A stretch of 64,000 nucleotides of DNA from Mytilus californianus (Eukaryota): the NCBI RefSeq assembly GCF_021869535.1, contig NW_026262615.1, forward strand, positions 9,610,001 to 9,674,000, written 5' to 3'. The translations under genes were made by a program, and so were the position numbers. Below the pieces are notes generated by a model. It made no database searches and was not told where the DNA came from. It saw only the letters and a list, made by a program, of their open reading frames with translations. The stretch's first letter is position 1. Each line of letters starts with the position of its first letter. Below, piece after piece: positions 37,635-64,000 of this stretch.

Positions 37635-39397
37635 ACAAGAGGCTCTCAAGAGCCTGAATCGCTCACCTGTTATTTTTTTTGCTTAAATCTTTCATCAATG
37701 ATTTTTTTTGCTGTTTACCCATATGTTCCATTTTAGCTATAGTGTCTATGTTTCTTGACGTACAAGGAAATGAAGTACAAAATTTATACTAGATTCATTT
37801 CAGAAGATTTTTAAAGTAAAAAAACATCAAACAACTTGAGTAAAACTGTCCTTAAAGGGCAATAACTCCTAAAGGTTTATATAATAGATCATATGTAGAT
37901 CTTACTTTGCTGAACATTTGTGCTGTTTACAGTTTATCTTTATCTTCAATAATATTCAAGATAATAACAAAAAACTGCAAAATTTCCTTAAAACAACCAA
38001 TTTAGTGGCAGCAACCCAACAATGGGTTGTTCGGTATGTCTGCATATTTCAGGGCAGATAGATCTTGACCTTTGGAACATTTTTACCCCCGGTCAGATTT
38101 GCTCTAAATGCTTTAGTTTCTGAGATATAAGCCAAAAAACTGCATTTCACCCCTATGTTCTATTTTTAGCCATGGCGGCCATGTTTGTTGATGGATCAAA
38201 ATTTCGGATACAATTCATAAACTAGATTCCTAAAGGAACATTCATTCAAAGTTAAGAAGTATTAGGCACAATAGTTTCAGAAGAGAAGATTTATAAATGT
38301 TAGCAAACTTGATGAACACATTGCGTAAAATTGTATTTAAAGGGCAATAACTCCTTAAGGGGTCAATTGACAGATTTGCTCATTTAATTTTCTGTAGATC
38401 TTACTTTGCTGAACATAATTGCTGTTTACAGTTTATATCTATCTATAATAATATTCAAGATTATAACAAAAAACTGCAAAATTTCCTCAAAACTACCAAT
38501 TTAGTGGCAGCAACCCAACAATGGGTTGTTCGATTTGTCTGAAAATTTAAGGGCTGATAAATCTTTACCAATTGAACAATTTTACTCGTGTCAGATTTGC
38601 TCTAAAAGCTTTAGTTTTGGAGATATAAGCCAAAAACTGCATTTGACCCCTATGTTCTATGTTTAGCCATGGCAGCCATGTTTGTCGATGGATTAAAACT
38701 TCGGATACAATTTATAAACTAGATATCCTAAGGAACATTTAGATGAAGTTTCAAGGTATTTGGGCAAGTAGTTTCAGAGGAGAAGATTTTTAAATGTTAC
38801 CAAACTTGATGAACAAATTGTGTAAAATTGTCTTTAAAGGGCAATAACTTCTTAAGGGGTCAATTGACAATTTTGGTCATATAAAAACTTTTTTGTAGAT
38901 CTTACTTTGCTGAACATTATTGCTGCTTACAGTTTATATCTATCTATAATAATATTCAAGATAATAACAAAAAACTGCAAAATTTCCTTAAAACTACCAA
39001 TTTAGTGGCAGCAACCAAACAATGAGTTGTTCGATTCGTCTGAAAATTTGAGGGCTAATAGATCTTGACCAATTGAACAATTTGACCTCATGTCAGATTT
39101 GCTCTAAAAGCTTTAGTTTTTGAGATATAAGCAAAAAACTGCATTTGACCCCTATGTTCTATTTTTAGCCATGGCGGCCATGTTTGTCGATGGATCAAAA
39201 CTTCGGATACAATTTATAAACAAGATACCCTAAGGAACATTTAGTTAAAGTTTGAAGGTATTTGGCCCAGTAGTTTCAGAGGAGAAGATTTTTGAAATAG
39301 TTTACGACGACAGACGACGACAGACGACGGACGACGACGGACGCCAAGTGAAGGCATAAGCTCACATGGGGCCCTTCGGGCCCCGGTGAGCTAAAAA
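37635..39397 (+). mobile_element. Helentron-associated HINE-like element with three about 490-bp internal tandem repeats, nested in an about 145-bp tandem repeat (37420-37630, 39398-39770)
   Basis: 5' palindrome ggctctcaagagcc and subTIR gctcacc; units starting aagggcaataact at about 37855, 38339 and 38836; (gacgacg)n microsatellite; 3' hairpin AGCTCAC-at-GGGGCCC-ttc-GGGCCCC-g-GTGAGCT (39359-39392) then aaaaa. Confidence 0.75.
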
Positions 39398-39935
39398 TGA
39401 GGTCAAGGATAATTTAACCCTAACAGACAGACATAGTCACCGTACAACAATCCAATACACCAAATATAGTTTACCTATTACTTTTAATATCTGATAAACG
39501 GCCAAACCCACAAAAAATGTACAAACCAATAAACCATTAAATGAGGTCATGGTCATATGAATCAAGCCAAATAAACAAGTACACCTAAAAACATTCCATA
39601 CACCAAATATGGTGGCCTTATTGCTTATAGTATTTGAGAAAAAAAACCAAACCATAAAAAATTTAACAGCGACCAATAACCCATGAAAATGAGGTCAAAG
39701 TCAGATGAAACCTGTCAGTCGGACTTGCAAGACTAACAGTTCTTCCATACACCAAATATAGTTGACCTTTTACTGAAATTATGGTAAAATGATAAGAAGG
39801 GTTATTGTAGCAGATTCGACCTGTAAGGCAACAATGAATATAGAAAGTTCATCACAAGTATATTGTAACTTTTCAACAGATGGTTTGGTTAGTCTTTGAA
39901 TTAAACTAGATGATAGTGTTGGTATCCATCACCAA

Positions 39936-40863
39936 CACTACTAACTGCTCAGAGTCTGAAAAGACCATATTTCCTGGTCGAGCACTGATTTTACTTGACA
40001 AGACTCCACATAATCTCGACAGTACTTAATTGTGCTCGACTTCGGTCTCGACTTTACTTAATAAGTCTCGACTGATCTTGACTCTGTCTGAATCAGCCTA
40101 TCTATCTCAATTATATTTTGATCTTACAAAATGCCAGGTTATTTGGTAGTTTGGTTTATTGCTGTCAAACTTAAGGATTTAATTAATTGGTAAAAAGGCT
40201 AGAATTTTCAGTTCAGTTATAATTGAGATAGCTGTAGACTTTTGTGAAAATCCATGTTGATTTTGAAAAAGTTATAGAAATTTTTAAAGGTGACTATCTG
40301 AATTTAGTCGGAACTGAAATGTCTAGTAAAATCAATATATAATTGAGATAGCTGTAGAGTTTTATGAAAATCCAAGTTGATTTGAAAAAGTTATAGTAAT
40401 TTTTAAAGGTGACGATCTGAATTTAGTCCGAACTTAAAATTCTAGTAAAATCAATATATAATTGATATAGTTGTAGAGTTTTATGAAATTCCAAGTTGAT
40501 TTGAAAAATTGTACAAATTTTTAAAGTTGACTATCTGAATTTAGTCTGAACTGAAAATTCTAGCTTTTTTCACTTATTAATTAAATTCTTGAATTCTACA
40601 GCAATAAACCAAACTACCAAATAACCTGGAATTTTGTAAGATCAATACATAATTGAGATAGATGGCCTGATTCAGACCAGTGGTGACTAAATTTTAAGGA
40701 CAAGACTGGTCGAGACAGGTCGAGACTAAATCGAGGCTGGTCGAGACTAAGTCGAAACTGGTTGAGACTGATCAAGACTGGTCCAGCATTGGTCGAGACC
40801 ATATTCAGAATGTACCAAGTCGAGCACAAAATATGGTCATTTCAGACTCTGCAGTTTGTAGTG
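39936..40863. mobile_element. CACTA (CMC-EnSpm) MITE, 928 bp
   Basis: CACTAC...GTAGTG termini with a 3-bp TSD CAA on both sides; about 250-bp imperfect inverted arms (cagagtctgaaa.gaccatattt..; ggttatttggtagtttggtttattgctgt); multiple gtcgagact subterminal motifs; three about 120-bp internal tandem repeats (40218, 40338, 40457). Confidence 0.85.
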
Positions 40864-41376
40864 CAAGTGTCACGCAGAATGCGAAAAGTTCAATTTGCTG
40901 ATTTGCCACGACCATCAACGTACACAACACACCTTCTATTAGTAATGAATAATCATACAGAGTGTCATTCAGTCAGGGTTAAAGCTAGAGAGTGGAAACA
41001 TATGTACATTTTTTATGCTAAAGGTTACGAGTTAATGCTATGCCTATTGTTTTACCTTAAATTAATTACATTTTTCTATCAGAAAACCTATTCTAAATGA
41101 AACTTTAATATAAAGCAATTTTCATTGCTGCATAGGTGTATTTAACTTTCGGAAGTAAACCCTTGTTCAGTTTATATCAAATTTCATTACTTCATATGTG
41201 CATTTAACGTTCAGAAAGGGAAAGCATATACTAGGTCAAAGGTGTCAAGCAATAAACAAAAATTATACTGGCACATTAAATCAAAAATAACTATACAATT
41301 ATAGAAATGAAAGTTTTATTTATATGATAACATAGTAGATTATTAACAAAATCCTGATAATTCCCTCTTCTCTGCA

Positions 41377-41474
41377 AGTTTGTATGTAGTATGTGTCAAG
41401 TCTCTTCAGTTTGTATGTAGTATGTGTCAAGTCTCTTCAGTTTGTATGTAGTATGTGTCAAGTTTCTTCAGTTT
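41377..41474. repeat. 31-bp tandem repeat, 3 copies plus a partial copy (agtttgtatgtagtatgtgtcaagtctcttc)
   Basis: Direct reading; lies in or just beyond the probable PABP 3'UTR. Confidence 0.9.
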
Positions 41475-42960
41475 ATATTTTAACATCATTTTTATCATGT
41501 TTTTCTTAGTTCCATAACTGAAATAACAACATATATAAAACACACAACACTAATCTGTTCCCGTTTGATCTTATTCTCCTCCATTTGAATGTTGTATGCC
41601 CTTAAATAAATTTCTCTAGGTTTTTTTTTAGCTGTTCAAATGGACAAAAAATTAATCAAATGAGATCAGAACAAGAACACATCACATCACTGGTTTAATT
41701 GTGTTTATCAGTCTTATTTTTCACTTTAAAATCTTCAATGAGTGATGAGCTCTTCAAAAAGGAGGTAAAGCAGAGTAAACAAAGTGTAGAAATGAAACAG
41801 TAGCATTTCCCCTAAGACATTACGCATGGAAAGAATTAAAACTACTGGCATAAAACAATCTCAAATTTTTTACACATATTTTACATGATTTATACAATTT
41901 TTTTGTTCTTTTTTTAACGTAATATATTACACTTTTTATTTAACAGCTGCACCACACAATGCAGCTGTATATTTTCATATTAATTCAATCATTGTAGGAT
42001 AAAGTTAATAATCTAATAATTTGTTTACATACTTACCTGGTTAAAAAAACAGTATATAATGAGCAGGTTTTATCAATTTATACCTTTTTTTCTCTTTTTG
42101 TACAATATTTTTCATAATTTTCATTACAGGATGGAAACTTTTAAAAGAGGTTCACCAAGGGAGATAATTAGAACAAGATTTTCATTTGCTAACCTGTTAC
42201 ACTGAATGTTTAAAATCCTTATTTAGATATTAATTTGAAAACTTATTCTCAAGAAATAACATTGATTTCACAAACCATTGATAAACAAAGTGATTTTCTG
42301 AATTATAAAAAAAATATCAATTGGTGTAATAAAGCTAATGGAACACATCAACAGCTATGAAATGTTGATATAACAATGAAACGTTACATGAACAATGTAA
42401 TTAATGTACACTTCTTATATGTATAAACAAAAATAGGTCAAGAAGTGTGTTGCTGTACATTTAAATAATTTACCATACTATTTTGACTAATAAAGGAAAT
42501 GGTTTTGTACATTGAACATTTGTTCTATTCGGGACAATATTGTTTCTTGATCTATTTGTACTGAGGTGACCACACTACTTCTCATCTTCAAAATATGTGA
42601 TGATAGTGTGCCTCATTTTACATATATTTCTTATTGTTGTGATTGGTTAAAAATGTGTAAAATAACAGATTTTCAAATGTTACAGGAATACTGTAATAAG
42701 CTATAAAATGGTGTCAAAGCTTCAAACTAATTGTATAAAGTGAGATGTTATGGTTAAATGTGGTTGAAATTGAAAAATAAACAATCCAAATCATATAACT
42801 ACATGATAAATATACAATAATAATAAACAAGTGGGCAAACATATCTGAACAAAAGCTCTATCAATACAGTTTATAAATGCTTGTAGTCATGGTAACAAGA
42901 AAATCTGTCCAATAATCTGCCCTTAGGATCTACTCTAATCCGGTTTCCTTGGTACCCTCT

Positions 42961-59570
<16,610 letters not shown>

Positions 59571-60596
59571 CTAAAACATGTCAAAGATATTCAATGTAAA
59601 AAAAATCAAAGATACAAAGCCAACAATCTGGTACGTCAGATGCGCGTCTGGTCTTTATAGGACCCATAAATCACGTTGCAATACTCATTAGTGTCATTCA
59701 TATTAAAACAATTGGGAAAATAGAACAAATGTAAAAGAGCATTTAAAATAAAATTTCAGAGAAGTAAATTATCTACTTCAACTTCTTATATGATTGTCCA
59801 CACTCTTGGCACACTTCAGCACAATTCAACGCCAATTAAGTCAGCATAAAATTGTGAAAATGTAGATCAAACTCAGCAGCTGGTATTGTTTGTATTTCTA
59901 CTTGTTTTGATTATTCATTTTGAGACACCTGGTCACTAATGCAAGATAATACAATTATTTTTAGCAGTCTTTTGTTTTGTTGTGTATCTAGAAAGTTGTT
60001 TTCATCTAAATGTAAATTGTCCTGGTCAAACAATTTATCTTCAACATGTTAAATATGCCGTCTATTCTGTTAGAACAACTTGGATATATCTATGTGCAGT
60101 GGCAGTAATGTTTCTATAAAGAGCGAATTTAAGATTTGTTTCGTTAATTTGTTGATCAGACAACATATCAATATGAATAAGTACGTTTTCTTAGACTTCA
60201 TCAATATCTATTGTAGCATCCTTGTCATTTTCCAAATAATCAATAGTAGACTACTGAAGATTAATAGTAGCGACTTCTTCGACATTTTTATTGTAATTTT
60301 AGCTGAGGTATATTAGGGGAAGGATTTATGGCACTGTAATATATAAGCTTTTTGGATAACTTTCAAATTTTCAAATTTTCACAATTACAAAATAAACCTT
60401 TTAATGAAAAAAATTAATTTCAATCAGTATGTTTATAAATGACGTAGTATTGATCTGTAAACGATTGTTGACGTAATTAAAATGGAAATGGCGTGACAGT
60501 GTTGATATAAAAAGTAATGTCGGCAAGTACGCGTGGTCAGCTGAGGTCATTTAGGATTAAAGCTTAGGTTTATACTTATAGCCTTATCTGTATATT

Positions 60597-63500
60597 TTAA
60601 AAGCTGATTGCAGTGTTTATACGTGTAATTATAGAAAAAAGGAAATCTGTCAAATATCTAGCTATAGAATCTACCCTAATTTGGTTTCCACGGCACCCTT
60701 CGTAACTTGTTGCTTCTATGGAAGTTAAAGCAGTTTCCTTTGCATGGTTAGCTTGCAGTACACCGACGGCTTCTTGTACCTGTAAAATATGTGTTATTAA
60801 AGGTAATTTTAGTCATAAATGATGTTGTAAAGTTCTCATACTAACAAGCAGCAAAATTATACGCCTACGTAGATACGCTGAACCATAAACAGGAGGAGAC
60901 TCTGTTTACAAGATATGACGATTCACGGTTTTCTGCTTTTTGAAATATTTATCTTTACACAATTTTACCACTGTATTAGGATCCCAATGTCTCAGATTTT
61001 GTGACATTTGTCACATGTGAAAAAAAAACAAGAAAAGCTACAAATAATAAAATCTCCTCTATATTTTATGTTTAGTCAATCACGGGGTCCAATGATTCAT
61101 GTAAATATTCAAAACTACATTAAAGTATCTGGATAAAAACTTGAGCATTTTTTCTAAAACACTGAAAATTTAACCTGTTTGCACCAAAATGACATCCTTA
61201 ACCAGAACAAATAAAATTGTTCTCACACACCTTCTGTTTTACAATACAAGTAAAACTTTACTTCCAACCGAATTAGGGTTTCGGTAAACACGTCATTTTT
61301 ATCATGTGGAAAATATTTATAACATCATAAGAAAATTTTGAAATTTAGTAAAGAGAGAAAAACTAAGCCTTTGTGTGAAATATATTTTCAAAATATTGAC
61401 TCTTTGTAGACTGACAGATTAGTTGTTTCAGATGTTCCTGTTGCACCAAATATTCTTCAGCTTACAAAGATTTATCATTTTCTGTTGTCCATGGAGAGGA
61501 CATTTCATTTCCTTTGTATAAGTTATAGCATTTGAGTTTACAATACCTTTTATATAATTCAAGAGGCTCTAAATGGCAATTGTCGCTCATCTGGATCAAC
61601 ACCGGATACTTTCTAACAGTGTATAATTGATTCTAATATGACGTTCTTCAAACGCTTTTCAGTACACACCCGTAGTGAAATGTGAATATATTGTATGTCA
61701 GCTGATCTGATCGGCAACGTCATGATTTGTTTGGGCTGTTCTAATCATACTCCCACGTCATATGCTTTTTTTATGAACGAGCTACCCGACGTCATTCGGT
61801 GCTAATGACTATAAAGTCAAAAGAATATAAGTATTTTACGGGAAATGCACGGTTGAGGAACTAAAAGTCACCAAAACAAGGAATCATAAACACACTATGA
61901 TAAAACAAATTTAAATGCCATTATTTTACATATATATATAAGATTATTATTTAAATTCTTCCAAACCTTTCTAAGTACGTTATTGTTAATAGTTTAAGCA
62001 TGTCACTAGTTCAGTTTTCTCCATTCTTTTACGTCAATATAAATAGTGTCTTTAATTACGGGAACGGCAAATGTTTGCCTTCACCTAGAGCTTCGATTTA
62101 AAGTATTGCCGTATTTGTCCTATTAGAATAGAAATAATTCCGGTCTGCAATCTGTTTTTGTTTATTATAATACTGGTCTTTCTTCTGTTTTCATTTTCTT
62201 TCTACTTTAGTGTTGCAAAAAATTCATCAGTCAAGGCCAAAAACTCCTCACCGGAGATTATTGAAAGTTTCTTCTTTTCGATCAATTTGTCTCAATCGTC
62301 TTGCAAGTCTTTGTTTCTGTATTCGTTGTATCTTTTTAAAACGTAGGGTAGTATTTATAAGTACGCGAACTGACAAAATGTAGCTATGCTGACTCTTTGG
62401 AGATCTTGTTTTGCTCATTATATTTTATATATTTCAGCTGCTATTTATTACAGTTTCATTTAAAATGTTAAAAATGGGTTAAAGTCCTCATTCAAAGGCA
62501 ACAATCTAATAAGAAGTCGAATGTTAATTGCAGTGTTGTTGACAAATCTGACGATCTAGGCCTGCTATTTCTACTGTCAGATATTCTTTATCTATATTCA
62601 TTTTCCAATCAGTAGACAATACTTAGGCATTTTAACCCTCTATGATTTAGCCTTGGAGGCCATGTTGGTTAGCCATCAGAATCATGGGAGAAATTTTGCA
62701 AGCTAGATACACCAAGGATGATTGCTACTGCTTTGTTCAATTTGACCCCGTAGTTCAAAAAAGAAGATTTTCGAAAAATTAACAAACATTGTCGACGGAC
62801 GACAATGCGGACAATAAATGATGGCAAAAACTCACAATGACCTTTGGGTCAAGTCAGCAAAAAGGCTTTTGTTTTCAATGTTTTTATAGAATCGTGGGTT
62901 AATTATTGTGTGCAGGAAGTTGAAAAAGCCAAATCCGTTTGAACTATAGTGTACCATGTGATAAATCTTAGTGTACAGTGAAGTAAAACAGAGTATACAT
63001 TAATACTCCTCTTTTATCATTTGTCCTACAAACCTTATACTCTAGTGACTCCTTGGATTCCAACAAGTGTAACAATTCATAATTGTCTATTTCCAGTAAC
63101 ATTCCAGTGATCTTTCCAGCCAGGTCTGGGTACATACTTTGGATCAGAGGAAACAAACGTTCTCCCAACATTTGCTTATGTTCCTGTTGGGGGGAGTCAG
63201 CCAACATGGTAGCAGTTAAGGGCAACTGAAAATTGTAAGATTCGCTTGTGTGCATTCTTATTTATCAAAATTTTATTTCTATTTTTCACTAAGTACAAAA
63301 CAGAAACTTAACTAATCCCCTTTGAAGAAACACTTTTATTTGATGTTGTTTATAGTTGAATTACCACGGCTGCATCAATTTTGAAAAGAATTTATCAGTA
63401 TCAAAATAATCATGATAAAATCAATAGAAAAAAATTAATCCAATGACCTGATTCTTTACAATACAAATGCAGTTGACGAGCAGTGGTATTATCTGCCCTA

Positions 63501-63652
63501 AATATATGGCATTAAGAATCGATTTTCAATCAGATTGTCACTTGTAGAGAGAGCGAGAGTTGGCCAAAAAACAAACTTTTTAATACCCAATTTATATCTA
63601 CCTGTGTTTCTTTTGTCTGGTGACCTTGCAGTATAGCGACGGCTTCTCGGAC
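60597..63652 (-). CDS. 3' part of a second tandem-MLLE module (continues beyond the window end)
   Basis: join(63652..63602 [17 protein letters not shown], 63225..63034 [64 protein letters not shown], 60779..60597 [20 protein letters not shown]). All phase 0 and GT/AG; introns and 3' flank are collinear with 25840-29050. Confidence 0.85.
61560..62862 (+). mobile_element. HINE-like element orthologous to 26926-27917, with an extra about 500-bp insert (about 61631-62135)
   Basis: aagaggctct..cgctcatctgg start and gacggacgac..aactcacaatgacctttgggtcaagtcagcaaaa end. Confidence 0.65.
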
Positions 63653-64000
63653 CTGTAAAATATATATAACTAACGGTTATGTTGGTCATTAATGAATTTG
63701 TAGAGTTTTCATACAAACATGCAGCAGCATAGAAACATACACTGAACCATGAAAAGAAGGACAACAAACATATGCATCTGCTTTATGATATAAAGTATCG
63801 AGGTGTTCTTTTTGAACAAATAAAACTTTACACAAAGAGTGTTATGCCGTTGCATTAGCATATCTATGTCTACCGTTCGTCACAGGCAAGATAAAACCAT
63901 GAGAATACAGGTACAAACACTCAAAAAGTTTCCTCGTTTTACATATGGTCAATGACGGGGTTCAATTATTATTGAAAATTTTTTTAATCTCTGTTATATT

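Noticed and set aside
32600-41000. Hidden RRM exons upstream of the triple-MLLE module
   Set aside because: No RNP1/RNP2-like translation found on the minus strand by eye; the interval is repeats and AT-rich sequence. A tblastn would be needed to exclude very diverged exons.

Overview
AT-rich eukaryotic genomic DNA, almost certainly a bivalve mollusc; the repeat landscape looks like Mytilus (inferred from recalled repeat families, not a database search). The minus strand carries a tandem cluster of cytoplasmic poly(A)-binding protein (PABPC) sequences. Read in transcription order: (i) the 3' end of a multi-MLLE (PABC) module at 63652-60597; (ii) a complete but unusually diverged 11-exon PABPC1-like gene at 59531-42961 (642 aa, 4 RRM + linker + MLLE); (iii) a second module of three tandem MLLE domains built from six open, phase-0 exons at 32577-26133 with no RRM exons of its own; (iv) an orphan PABPC exon 2 with two stops at 1676-1483. 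The rest is mostly transposon-derived: three decayed Penelope-like RT elements and many of their terminal fragments, a truncated LINE, an internally deleted ISL2EU-type element (THAP + YqaJ), a CACTA MITE, a TA-flanked MITE, Helentron/HINE-like elements, a tRNA-derived SINE and two 31-bp minisatellites. The best candidate for an undescribed system is the repeated tandem-MLLE module alternating with PABP copies, which could be a multivalent PAM2-motif binder. All exon structures were derived by hand from splice signals and homology; there is no expression evidence here.
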